This document shows, piece by piece, positions 52,171 to 62,529 of a stretch of DNA of 64,000 nt. The number at the start of each line of letters is the position of its first letter. Positions within the stretch are counted from its first letter, which is position 1. This DNA is from an uncultured Methanolobus sp. (lineage in GTDB: Archaea; Halobacteriota; Methanosarcinia; Methanosarcinales; Methanosarcinaceae). The translations under genes and the position numbers were made by a program. The notes under the pieces were generated by a model. That model had not been told where the DNA came from, searched no databases, and saw only the letters and a program-made list of their open reading frames with translations. Location of the stretch: assembly GCA_963675495.1 (NCBI GenBank), contig OY776215.1, forward strand, positions 448,001 to 512,000, in the 5' to 3' direction.

Positions 52171-55100
52171 ATGGTTTCTCTAGATGAACTTAAACAAGGC
52201 GTTATTATCAAAGGTTCAAGATGGTCAGAACCTGTTTCACTTGATAATGTTAATGAAATGAATGGCTTTGTTCATCTGAAAGGAGCTACTGTACATTCAA
52301 AGCAATACATCAACCAGATAATTCCTTATTCTGAACTTGAAAATATTAATGTTGAATCTTTGGACCTTGTTTTTTCAGAGGAACCTTGGAAGGTATTCCT
52401 GGCTCTTGAAATGCTGAGATATCGTTTTGCATCCATGTACGACCCTCTTATTGCTATGAGCACATCGAAAGTCAATCCATTACCACACCAGATTGATGCA
52501 GTTTATGGGCGCATACTCAAATTGCCTCGTATCCGTTTCCTCATAGCAGATGACCCTGGTGCAGGTAAGACTATCATGGCAGGGCTCATTATCAAAGAGC
52601 TCAAAATCCGTAATCTTGTAAAACGCATTCTCATTGTCGTTCCTGGGCATCTGAAGGACCAATGGCGAAGGGAGATGAAGGAAAGATTCGAAGAGTCATT
52701 TATGGTTATTGATAGGTCCGCAATAGATGCTCTGTATGCTGAGAATGTATGGTCTAAAGAGAATCAGGCCATCACATCTTTAGACTTTGTGAAGCAAGAG
52801 GATATAATTACCTCTTTAGCAGCAGCCGAATTTGACCTTGTAATAGTTGATGAAGCTCACAAGCTCAGTGCTTATCAGTATGGCGATAAGGTCCACAAGA
52901 CAGCAAGATATAAGGTAGGTCAGGTTCTCTCACATCAGTCCGAGCACATTCTCTTCCTTACAGCAACCCCACATAGAGGTGATTCTGATAACTTCAGGCT
53001 GTTCTTGGATTTGCTCAATGAGGGCTTCTTCGCCACAAATGAGTTATTGGAAGAATCAATCGTAAGTAAGGATAATCCATTGTTCATAAGACGCATCAAG
53101 GAAGACCTTAGAGATTTTGATGGCACACCACTTTTTCTTCCGAGGCATGTAAAAACCTCGTTCTTTAACCTTGAGTCTGATGATGAAAGAGGGCTCTACA
53201 ATGATTTATCACAGTACGTGGAGCATCAGTACAATCGTGCACTATCACGTGACAAAAAGAGAAACGTTGCTTTTGCTCTTGTCATTCTGCAGAGAAGGTT
53301 TGCTTCAAGTATCTATGCTGTTCTTCAGTCTCTTAAAAGAAGGAAAAAACGTCTTAAAGACCTTCTTGAAGGTGCTAATGAAAGAGTTACAAATCCTCGT
53401 AACTTTGATTCCGAGGATTATGACGAGATGAGTGAAGAAGACCGATGGAAAGAAGAAGAGATATGGGAAACACTCAGTGTTGCGGAAAATAGGGAGGAGT
53501 TGAAGGGCGAAATCAGTACAATCGAGTCCCTAATAAATCAATGTCAGAATATAATTGATGAAGAAAAAGAAGTCAAGATAAAGGAACTCAAGAAAGCCCT
53601 TGTTGAATTGGAAAGCATATACTCTGATAAAAGTGACCAGAAAATCCTAATCTTCACAGAATCCAGAGACACTCTCGACTATCTGGAAGAAAAAATAAAA
53701 TTATGGGGATATTCATCTAGCGTTATACATGGTGGTATGAAGCTTGAGGAACGTATCCTTGCAGAGAAGACTTTCAAGCAAGAGACACAGGTTCTCATAG
53801 CAACTGAGGCTGCAGGTGAAGGTATCAACCTACAGTTCTGTCATCTTATGATTAATTATGACCTTCCTTGGAATCCAAATCGTCTTGAGCAGAGAATGGG
53901 ACGTATTCATCGTTATGGTCAAAGAAAAGAAGTTCATATTATCAATCTCGTAGCTGAAGATACAAGGGAAGGAAAGGTTTTTGCTGCATTGCTTCAGAAG
54001 CTTGAGGATATCAAAGGAGCTCTTGGGCCCGACAAAGTTTTCGATTGCCTTGGAGACCTTATGTACGAGACTAACTTATCACAAATACTCACAGAGGTTG
54101 CAGCAAATGCAAGAGATGTTAATGTGGTCATAGCTGAAATGACCCAAACACTGGATGAGGATTACGTTGCAGGTGTGAAAGAGAGCCTTTCCGAGAGTCT
54201 GGCAACAAGGAATATTGATTATACTCAAATCAAAGAATTAGAGATAAAAGCCAGAGAGCAACGTTTAATTCCCGAATATACTGAGCACTTCTTCAGAAAA
54301 GCAATTGAAAATGCAGATGGCAAGATTATGGACAGAAAGGACGGTATGCTTTCAATGGAGTCCATACCCCTCGTAATACGTCGCATAAGCAAAGAGGATA
54401 ATTTCAGAAAGAGCTATGGTGAAATGCTGAAAGCATACAGAAAATTTACATTTGATAAGAATGAAGCATTCAAAAATCCTGATGCTGAATTCATATCCTT
54501 GGGTCATCCTTTGTTTGAGGCTGTAATGGCATGGGTGCGAGATAACTTCAATGATGCTATACGCAACGGAGCTGTTTTCGTTGACCCAGATGGAGAAATG
54601 GATGGTTATGTCCTGTTCTACGAAGGTGAAATCTCCGATGGTAAAGGTGATGTTGCAGGTAAGAGATTGTTTTCAATCTACAATAATGGTACAGCGGTCA
54701 GACCAGTGTCGCCTTCATTTATCTGGGATATGGAGTATGGAAAGGCTCCTGACCACGTGAGTATTGATATTGATGCTTTGAAGGATTCTTCAAATATGGA
54801 AATCATCACATCTCTTCAAGGGTACCTAGAGGAACTTTTGACTGAACGTGTTCGACAGAGCGATATCAAAGAAAAATATGGTATAAATTCACTGTATTTC
54901 CTAATTGATAGACTGGATGGTGAACTGATAGACCTGTATGACCGCAGGGACAATGGCGAGAATGTAGACCTTCCTATACATAACAAAGAAGAAAGGATGG
55001 CAAATTACAGAAAAGCAAGGGATGACCTGCAAACCCTTATTGAAAAGGAAAAGAGCTTGACAATGTCAATGCCTTCATTCCTCGGTATCATCAGAGTGGT

Positions 55101-55497
55101 ACCTGGTGAGGTATTGCCAGGAATGAAGAATGACCCTGAGGTAGAACGTATTGCAGTAGAGTTTGCTATGGACTATGAGAGAAAATATGGTTGGACGCCT
55201 GAAAGTGTAGAAGACCAAAACCTTGGATTTGATATAAGGTCTACTAAAGGTGAAGAAGTTAGGTACATTGAAGTTAAAGGAAGAGCTCAGAGAGGGCCAG
55301 TATCACTTACACAGAATGAGCAATTCAAAGCACAAAGATTCAAGGATGATTACTATTTGTATGTTGTCTTGAATACAAAAACACACCCTGAGCTGTATGT
55401 GCATCAAAACCCTGCAGAGACCCTTGAATTCCAGGAAGTGATGGGTGTTGTGAGATACATAGTACCACTGGACCAGATTGTAAGTTCAAAGGTATAA
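52171..55497 (+). CDS. SNF2-family helicase with C-terminal DUF3883 (PD-D/ExK) nuclease domain
   Basis: LIADDPGAGKT, DEAH, LTATP, EGINLQ and QRMGRIHR motifs; C-terminal GFDIRS..IEVKG. Confidence 0.9.
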   Translation: MVSLDELKQGVIIKGSRWSEPVSLDNVNEMNGFVHLKGATVHSKQYINQIIPYSELENINVESLDLVFSEEPWKVFLALEMLRYRFASMYDPLIAMSTSKVNPLPHQIDAVYGRILKLPRIRFLIADDPGAGKTIMAGLIIKELKIRNLVKRILIVVPGHLKDQWRREMKERFEESFMVIDRSAIDALYAENVWSKENQAITSLDFVKQEDIITSLAAAEFDLVIVDEAHKLSAYQYGDKVHKTARYKVGQVLSHQSEHILFLTATPHRGDSDNFRLFLDLLNEGFFATNELLEESIVSKDNPLFIRRIKEDLRDFDGTPLFLPRHVKTSFFNLESDDERGLYNDLSQYVEHQYNRALSRDKKRNVAFALVILQRRFASSIYAVLQSLKRRKKRLKDLLEGANERVTNPRNFDSEDYDEMSEEDRWKEEEIWETLSVAENREELKGEISTIESLINQCQNIIDEEKEVKIKELKKALVELESIYSDKSDQKILIFTESRDTLDYLEEKIKLWGYSSSVIHGGMKLEERILAEKTFKQETQVLIATEAAGEGINLQFCHLMINYDLPWNPNRLEQRMGRIHRYGQRKEVHIINLVAEDTREGKVFAALLQKLEDIKGALGPDKVFDCLGDLMYETNLSQILTEVAANARDVNVVIAEMTQTLDEDYVAGVKESLSESLATRNIDYTQIKELEIKAREQRLIPEYTEHFFRKAIENADGKIMDRKDGMLSMESIPLVIRRISKEDNFRKSYGEMLKAYRKFTFDKNEAFKNPDAEFISLGHPLFEAVMAWVRDNFNDAIRNGAVFVDPDGEMDGYVLFYEGEISDGKGDVAGKRLFSIYNNGTAVRPVSPSFIWDMEYGKAPDHVSIDIDALKDSSNMEIITSLQGYLEELLTERVRQSDIKEKYGINSLYFLIDRLDGELIDLYDRRDNGENVDLPIHNKEERMANYRKARDDLQTLIEKEKSLTMSMPSFLGIIRVVPGEVLPGMKNDPEVERIAVEFAMDYERKYGWTPESVEDQNLGFDIRSTKGEEVRYIEVKGRAQRGPVSLTQNEQFKAQRFKDDYYLYVVLNTKTHPELYVHQNPAETLEFQEVMGVVRYIVPLDQIVSSKV

Positions 55498-55526
55498 ATT
55501 GAAAAATGGATTTATGAGGATTACTA

Positions 55527-58229
55527 ATGGATACAAAAGACCGTCGTCTGATTGAAGATTCATTTCCTGTCAAAGAGGTCAGTGTAGCATCTGCCAAAGA
55601 AAAAAACATACGTCATGGACATATTTCCACCTTGCACATCTGGTGGGCACGACGTCCTCTTGCAGCATCTAGAGCAACTGCTTATGCCGCACTTGTTCCC
55701 CCTCCAGAGAATATTGATGAGTGGGAAAAACAACGTAATTTCATCATTGAACTTTGCAAGTGGGAGAACTCCAATGACATAGGCTTATTGCAAAAGGCTC
55801 GTGAGGATATCCTTAAAGCAAATGGTGGTGTGCCTCCAAAAGTATTGGACCCATTTTCTGGCGGAGGGTCAATTCCCCTAGAAACCTTACGTCTTGGATG
55901 TGAGACATATTTTAATGATTACAATCCTGTTGCAGTACTCCTTGAGAAATGTATCCTAGAATACCCACAAAAATATGGTATACCCAAGGAAACCATAAAT
56001 GGAGTGCTAACTGGAAATCAGAAGAATCCACTACTTGAGGCAGTCAAAAAGTGGGGTGGCTGGATACTCGAGGAAGTAAAAACCGAAATTGGTAGATTTT
56101 ATCCTAATGACTCAGATGGCTCAGTACCAGTAGGATACATATGGGCACGTACTATCCCTTGTCAGAATCCTGCCTGCGGTGTAGATATACCACTTTTTCG
56201 ACAGTACTGGCTGGCCAAAAAGCCTAACAAACAAGTTTCTCTGTATCCTTATGTACAAGATGGAAATGTTTTATTTAAGCTAGTTGGCGATGGTTATGAA
56301 CCTATGCCTGAAAATTTTAACCCAAAAGAAGGCACTGTATCCCGAGCCATTGCAATTTGTCCTGTATGTGGTGCAGCTGTGGAAGCAAAAGATACACGTA
56401 GACTCTTCCAAGAAGGCAAGTCTAGCGCACGCATGATTGCTGTGGTACTTACCAAACCTGGGGAACGAGGTAAAATTTATCGTATATCAACACAAGAAGA
56501 TGTAATAGTATTTCAAGAAGCTGCTAAGTATCTACAGGAGAAGATACAGACATTGAGAAAAGGATTTGATATGGAGCCAGTGCCGGATGAACCTTTACCC
56601 CCTAAAGGAACACTTGGTTTTCGTGTACAAGGATATGGCCTTGATACATGGGGTTCTCTCTTCAACTCTCGCCAACAGCTTGCACTAGTGACTTTCTGTG
56701 AAAAAGTCCGGGCTACACATGAGAATATGTTGCATGATGGTTATGAAGAGAATTTTGCTAAAGGAGTCTCTACATACTTAGGTTTTCTTCTCGATAAATT
56801 AGCTTCTTCTTCTAATACATTGGCAAGGTGGCAATCCAATGGAGAAAAAATTGCCGATGTTTTTGGGAGGCAGATTTTGCCAATGCTATGGGATTATACG
56901 GAAGTAAATTTAATAAATGGTAAATCAAGAAGTTTTAATGAATTAAGTGGAGATGTTTATCGTGTAATTGAGAAATACTCAAGTTTACCTGAAAACTCGG
57001 GCTACAGTATTCATTCCTCTGCTACATCACTCCCCATCCCTGATAATTATTTAGATGCAGTCATTACCGACCCACCTTATTATGATAATGTTCCTTATTC
57101 CCATCTTTCTGATTTTTTTTATGTTTGGCTAAAGCGTAGCGTGGGTGACCTATATCCAGAGCTATTTTCAACCCCACTGACTCCAAAATCCAATGAAATT
57201 GTTGCTTATTCAAATGGACCAGGCGGATTTGAAGAAGGGAAAAGAAAGTTTGAGACAATGCTCGCAGATTCTTTCAAGGAAATGCACCGTATCCTCAAGC
57301 CAAATGGGGTTGCTGTCATTGTATACGCTCATAAATCAACTGAAGGCTGGGAAACCCTAATTAATTCACTTTTAGATTCTGGACTTGTTATTACCGCTGC
57401 TTGGCCAATAAATACTGAAATGCAATCACGGCTAAGAGCAAGAGAATCAGCGGCTCTTGCATCATCCATCTATATTGTAGCCAGAAAGTGGGAGAGGGAA
57501 TCAACTGGTTTCTACAAAGAAGTGAAAGATGAATTGGAAACCCACCTTAATATGAAGCTGGACAAATTATGGAAGGAGGACATCTCTGGTGCGGATTTCT
57601 ATATATCAGCCATCGGCTCTGCTATTGAAGTCTATGGGAAATACTCTCAGGTCATGGACTATGAAGGTAACATTGTGCGTGCAGACAGACTTCTTCAGGA
57701 TGTAGAGGATATAGCTACCGATTATTCTGTGAAGAAAATCCTCAAGAATGGTTTCTCTGGTACAATTTCAGGGCTTACAAGATTCTACGTAATATGGCGA
57801 TGGTACTATGGAAATACCAGCGTGCCTTTTGATGAAGCCCGTAAACTTGCTACATCATGTGGTCTTGACCTTTCGGTTGAATGGAGCAAGAATGATTCAT
57901 TCATCAAAAAACAGAAAGAGAATATAGCAGTCATTGACCCAAAAGGACGTGAAAAGCATATAGATGGCCTGAAGAAGTCATCAGAACTCATAGATGTGTT
58001 ACATGCAGTCTTGCTACTTTGGGAGAACAGTAAACAACAGGAAATATTAGATGTCTTACGTACCAGTGGCTTTGGAAGACATGATGTATTTTTCAGAGTA
58101 GCTCAAGCTATATCGGAAACACTTCCAAACGATGCAAAAGAAAAGAAACTATTGGACGGATTCCTTGCTGGAAGAGGCAGAATAATGGAAAAAATGAGAA
58201 AAGATACAGGACAACAGACTTTATTTTAA
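55527..58229 (+). CDS. DUF1156-containing amino-DNA methyltransferase (probably m6A)
   Basis: LHIWWARRPL, DPFSGGGSIP (motif I), TDPPYY (motif IV) and Cys-rich inserts. Confidence 0.9.
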   Translation: MDTKDRRLIEDSFPVKEVSVASAKEKNIRHGHISTLHIWWARRPLAASRATAYAALVPPPENIDEWEKQRNFIIELCKWENSNDIGLLQKAREDILKANGGVPPKVLDPFSGGGSIPLETLRLGCETYFNDYNPVAVLLEKCILEYPQKYGIPKETINGVLTGNQKNPLLEAVKKWGGWILEEVKTEIGRFYPNDSDGSVPVGYIWARTIPCQNPACGVDIPLFRQYWLAKKPNKQVSLYPYVQDGNVLFKLVGDGYEPMPENFNPKEGTVSRAIAICPVCGAAVEAKDTRRLFQEGKSSARMIAVVLTKPGERGKIYRISTQEDVIVFQEAAKYLQEKIQTLRKGFDMEPVPDEPLPPKGTLGFRVQGYGLDTWGSLFNSRQQLALVTFCEKVRATHENMLHDGYEENFAKGVSTYLGFLLDKLASSSNTLARWQSNGEKIADVFGRQILPMLWDYTEVNLINGKSRSFNELSGDVYRVIEKYSSLPENSGYSIHSSATSLPIPDNYLDAVITDPPYYDNVPYSHLSDFFYVWLKRSVGDLYPELFSTPLTPKSNEIVAYSNGPGGFEEGKRKFETMLADSFKEMHRILKPNGVAVIVYAHKSTEGWETLINSLLDSGLVITAAWPINTEMQSRLRARESAALASSIYIVARKWERESTGFYKEVKDELETHLNMKLDKLWKEDISGADFYISAIGSAIEVYGKYSQVMDYEGNIVRADRLLQDVEDIATDYSVKKILKNGFSGTISGLTRFYVIWRWYYGNTSVPFDEARKLATSCGLDLSVEWSKNDSFIKKQKENIAVIDPKGREKHIDGLKKSSELIDVLHAVLLLWENSKQQEILDVLRTSGFGRHDVFFRVAQAISETLPNDAKEKKLLDGFLAGRGRIMEKMRKDTGQQTLF

Positions 58230-58240
58230 AGAGGGAAAAC

Positions 58241-60814
58241 ATGAGAGCGTTTCATACAATAGCAGTTCCGCATAAGGATATTCTGGAAGGAAGACTTTCA
58301 CTTGATACCTTTGCAGCGGATTTGTGGGAAGTCTATCAAAATAGGGGAATAGATGAATACAGAGATGCAGATACTTTCTTTAAGAAAACCTATCTCACTC
58401 AAGGTCTGCAAAATCTCATTGATATTGTTGAGAAACGTCTGCAAGGGAAAGGCAGTGACCCTGTCATTCAGATACAAACTCCCTTTGGTGGGGGCAAAAC
58501 CCATGCTCTCATAGCCCTCTATCACAGTGCAAAGAGGTGGGGTGCAAATGTAGTGGTCATTGATGGTACAGCTCTTTCTGCAGAGACTACCTTCTGGGCA
58601 TTGATGGAGGAACAGCTTACAGGAAAGGTCAGTGCATTCTCACAAAATACATCTCCCGGTAAGGATAAAATAAGGGCGTTTCTGGAACATCAGCAACCTG
58701 TGCTCTTACTTATGGATGAAGTACTGGAATATACCACTAAAGCGGCAGGAATGAAGGTAGGAGATAGTAACCTTGCCTCCCAGACAATCGCTTTCATGCA
58801 AGAGCTCACTGAAGTCGCAAGTACATTACCTCAAGTATGCTTAGTAGCCACATTACCTTCCAGTATAATTGAGCACTATGACAATGCTGCTGAGGACCTA
58901 TATCAGAAGTTGCAGAAGGTCTCTGGTAGGAAAGAGATTATTTACACACCCGTTGAAGATAATGAGATAACTAAAATCATACGTCGCAGGCTTTTCAGTA
59001 ACATCGATGAACAGGCTGCAAAAGATATAGTTGACCAATTCGTGAGCTTTGCTGAAGAGCATAGCATTTTGCCTGCCGGGGTACAGCCCAGTCAATATCG
59101 TGAGAAGTTCATGGAATCTTATCCATTCCTTCCTGATGTAGTTGATACCCTTTATCATAGGTGGGGTAGTTTCCCTACTTTCCAGCGAACCCGTGGAGTA
59201 CTCAGGCTTCTTTCATTGGTGATTTATTCCATGAAAGAGACCACTTCACCATACCTTACGTTAGCAGACTTCGAACTTGGAAATCAGGAGATTCGCCAAG
59301 AGCTTATCAAACATATAGGTCAACAATACAATGGTATTATCAGTCAGGACATAACCAACTATGCGTCTGGAGCAGTAAAGGTAAACAAAACCCTTGGAAA
59401 TGCTTTCATGGGTCTTTGTCTCGGAGAAAGAGCAGCAAAAGCAATCTTTTTATTTTCATTTTCAGGTGCAGGTGGGAGAGGTAGTACCCTAACTGAGATT
59501 AAAAGAAACTCAACTACTCTTGACAATCCTCCAAGTGTCATTGCAGAAGCTTTGGAGCAGTTCAAAAGACAACTCCTTTATTTGCATGAAAGGAATGATA
59601 TGTATTTCTTCAGCACAGAAATCACCCTAAATAAGTTGCTTCTCATCAGCATGGAGAATGTAAAAGAGGATAAAATCCAAGAAAGGGAAAGTCTTCTGTT
59701 ACAGTCCAGTCTTGACCGAGGAAAGCTTGAAGTATATCTGTGGAATGAAGGTTCGGGGATACCTGATACTGATTCTTTGAAGTTGATAATTCTTGATTCA
59801 AGTTCAGCTTATAAGAAAAAAGATATTCTAAGTAAGCGTGGACAAACACAGCGCATATACAAGAATACACTATTTTTCTTGATTCCTATGGATTCAGAGT
59901 ATCCTGCAGTTTCCAAGGACATCAGAGAAAATATAGCACTAAATAATATTGAATCAGACCCTACATTGAAATTATCTACAGAGCAGAAGAGGGAGATTAA
60001 GGATAAATTAAAAGTATCTAATGATAACCTCAAAACCTCTATCAGAAAGCTCTATCGCCTTCTGTATGTCCCCTCAAAGGGTGGTGAACTTACCGAAATA
60101 GACCTTGGTATTCCTCTTTATGGAAGCGTTTCCAAACTCAACGAAGAAGTGTATGATACTCTTCGGAAGAAGAATGAAATATTGGAAAACATAACTCCGA
60201 TATTGATAAGGGAGAAATACCTGTCTAAAAATGATTATGCATTAACAGAGCAGATATACTATTCAGCATACAGGACACCGGGAGAAGCAAGACCAATTAA
60301 TAGGTCGGTTCTTGAAAAAGGTATTTCTGATGGTGTCCAAAAAGGTCTTTTCGGACTTGGTGCCATTGATGAAAATGACTTGCCTCTCTGCGCTTATTTC
60401 AAGGAACCTGCTTCTATTTCATTGTCTGGTAAAGAAGTTATCATAAAAGATAGTATTTGTACTGAACAAAAGGGAAAGAATGAAAGCGAGGACGCTCCTA
60501 CTCCTGATAGTGGTAAAGGAGGACAGAGTACAATCACCCCACCAGTTTCTCCCGTTGATACAACGGATGATGGTGGCGAAGGACCTGAGCCTCCAATGCA
60601 TGCAGTTACCAAAAAGAAAACTGTTCAATTGACTTTGAATCTGTCCAAAGGCCAGTCATCTACATTGAGCCACGTATTGAGATATCTTAGTGACAAGTTC
60701 CAAGATGTTACAATAGAGATAAAAGCTAAAGATGGTGAGATAACAGAAAGCGATTATGAGAATAAAATCAAAGAGGCATTCGAGCAAAGCAGTATCGATT
60801 ATGCAGAATCTTGA
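58241..60814 (+). CDS. DUF499 AAA+ ATPase
   Basis: AVPHKDI, FAADL, QTPFGGGKTH, LLMDE and FQRTRGVLRLL motifs. Confidence 0.9.
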   Translation: MRAFHTIAVPHKDILEGRLSLDTFAADLWEVYQNRGIDEYRDADTFFKKTYLTQGLQNLIDIVEKRLQGKGSDPVIQIQTPFGGGKTHALIALYHSAKRWGANVVVIDGTALSAETTFWALMEEQLTGKVSAFSQNTSPGKDKIRAFLEHQQPVLLLMDEVLEYTTKAAGMKVGDSNLASQTIAFMQELTEVASTLPQVCLVATLPSSIIEHYDNAAEDLYQKLQKVSGRKEIIYTPVEDNEITKIIRRRLFSNIDEQAAKDIVDQFVSFAEEHSILPAGVQPSQYREKFMESYPFLPDVVDTLYHRWGSFPTFQRTRGVLRLLSLVIYSMKETTSPYLTLADFELGNQEIRQELIKHIGQQYNGIISQDITNYASGAVKVNKTLGNAFMGLCLGERAAKAIFLFSFSGAGGRGSTLTEIKRNSTTLDNPPSVIAEALEQFKRQLLYLHERNDMYFFSTEITLNKLLLISMENVKEDKIQERESLLLQSSLDRGKLEVYLWNEGSGIPDTDSLKLIILDSSSAYKKKDILSKRGQTQRIYKNTLFFLIPMDSEYPAVSKDIRENIALNNIESDPTLKLSTEQKREIKDKLKVSNDNLKTSIRKLYRLLYVPSKGGELTEIDLGIPLYGSVSKLNEEVYDTLRKKNEILENITPILIREKYLSKNDYALTEQIYYSAYRTPGEARPINRSVLEKGISDGVQKGLFGLGAIDENDLPLCAYFKEPASISLSGKEVIIKDSICTEQKGKNESEDAPTPDSGKGGQSTITPPVSPVDTTDDGGEGPEPPMHAVTKKKTVQLTLNLSKGQSSTLSHVLRYLSDKFQDVTIEIKAKDGEITESDYENKIKEAFEQSSIDYAES

Positions 60815-61250
60815 TACTACTTCTCTTTTTCTTTACGTGTAGAAATCAATGCATTAGTATTTCAGAAATTTGATGTACAAACAAGTTTAGCTTTGAGATG
60901 ATAATAGGGTGGAAAATAACGCTGTGTACAACGAGATAATGCCTCAACCCATACATTGACCCGTCCAATAACTTTAGTTCGATATCGTCCAATGATAAAA
61001 CTGCATAAATTTCCTTGCATCCTATGCAGCATTCACGTATGGACGGTGCGTACGAGGTGGACTCTGAGGACTTAGGTCACCTGTGTGGACAGCATTGAAC
61101 TTTGTACGCAATGTCCATAGATGATGTAGGTGAGGACAGTAGCAGCTCAGGTCCGCAATTGAGGACCGTGAGGATGATGTGGACAAGTGCTGTATCATTT
61201 CAGTGAAGCTGTTGCAAGTAAACGATTATGAGTGGAAATAAGTTTAAAAA

Positions 61251-61354
61251 TGGATTGCAGAGGAGGGAATCGAACCCCCGTGTATCCCGGAACAGAAAAT
61301 CTCATGCTATCATAGTACCTGTCAGTAGGAATGACCGACCAGGTCCTCCGCACC
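61251..61354 (-). ncRNA. tRNA-like RNA (acceptor stem + T-arm, non-canonical body)
   Basis: TGCGGAG/CTCTGCA stem; GGGGG-TTCGATT-CCCTC T-arm; ends ..ATCCA followed by T5. Confidence 0.5.
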
Positions 61355-61577
61355 GATGATACTTCCTAACAACTTAAACACAATCATTTGGATTTGTTTT
61401 ACCATGATATCAACTCCCTTTTGAATTATTGATTTGACGATTTTTTCAACAACTTTTAGGGCAAAGGACCATAGTGTCATTCCAAACTTGGTGAGATACT
61501 CAAGAACAATGAGATGTTGCTCTGCCTTTATGATTTCTGTAACATTGATGTAAAAATATTTAAAGATAATGTTTTTT

Positions 61578-61844
61578 TTAATTATCTACATCTCCACCAA
61601 TCACAAATTCAGCAAACACGGGATAATGGTTCGAGACAACGGTTGCTAGTTCCGCATCAAGCCCATACTCATGGTCGCATCTGAAGATACTCGATTTGCC
61701 CATTAGGTCTAAATCAACAATTAAAATGATGCGGCCATACGTGTAGTCTGTAGACTTTGTAGTTGTGTCCTAGGAATCATCAAGAACCCAATAATAACTT
61801 TCGAGGTACAATGTTCTATCTTCGTCGAAGTAGCTCCATCTACA
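61578..61844 (-). pseudogene. 3' remnant of a DNase I-like (EEP) nuclease gene
   Basis: SYFDED..WVLDDS*DTTTKSTDYTYGRII..VSNHYPVFAEF is a degenerate form of DTT..YDRI..SDHYPV; internal TAG and no start codon. Confidence 0.7.
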
Positions 61845-61848
61845 CATT

Positions 61849-62529
61849 TTATGAAATGAGTCCTAGTTCATGCAATTTCCCATATATCTCAATGTAACCT
61901 TCTACATCTGGGTATATCCAGAGAGCTTTGTCTAACTCACGAAAGGAAACATCTAATTCGTTTTTCAGATTGTAGCATATATCAAAATAAGTATTCCAAT
62001 CATAGTTATCAGTTACTTTATATCCGTATTTCTGCAATGTCTTAACTGCCCGGACATCTATTATAGGACAGTTTTGTTGACTAAAGAAAAACGCAATCGT
62101 AGACGCAATAGGAAACGAAATACCGTTGTAATCAGTTAATTGTGTGACCACATCTTTATTCTTCAATGGATTATTTGATAGTTGCTTTATCAGGGCATAT
62201 AATTCATATTTTCTGTCAAGTGTCCCGTACTCAGTATCTTGGAAATATCGCTTTATTCTTAATGCGCCCTTCCATCGCAGAATACTGTTTTCATCATCTA
62301 CTATGAGATGGAACAACTGGTCGGCACTATCAATGGATTTTACCTTATCCAAAATGCACTTCTCACGAGAGTTTTCCTCTGGATTCATATAATCATAGAA
62401 CTGAGCAAGTGCGACAACTTGTTTTCGTGATAAATTTAAGCTATTGGGTATATTCATATGAATGAAATTCTTTGATGAATATATACGGCTTTTCATTTTA
62501 TCCTGAGACTTCAGCTTAAGTACTTGCAA
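61849..62529 (-). CDS. Hypothetical protein with helix-hairpin-helix (DNA-glycosylase-fold)-like C-terminus
   Basis: LTDYNGISFPIAST..PIIDVRA..RELDKALW pattern. Confidence 0.5.
   Translation of the reverse strand: MQVLKLKSQDKMKSRIYSSKNFIHMNIPNSLNLSRKQVVALAQFYDYMNPEENSREKCILDKVKSIDSADQLFHLIVDDENSILRWKGALRIKRYFQDTEYGTLDRKYELYALIKQLSNNPLKNKDVVTQLTDYNGISFPIASTIAFFFSQQNCPIIDVRAVKTLQKYGYKVTDNYDWNTYFDICYNLKNELDVSFRELDKALWIYPDVEGYIEIYGKLHELGLIS

Noticed and set aside
61251-61354. Bona fide tRNA-Sec, tRNA-Ser or tRNA-Pyl
   Set aside because: A 9/4 fold can be forced, but there is no proper anticodon stem-loop with U33 and no UCA or CUA at the anticodon position; kept only as tRNA-like.
61770-61772. 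In-frame TAG as pyrrolysine in the DNase I-like fragment
   Set aside because: The fragment lacks its 5' part and has lost both catalytic aspartates.
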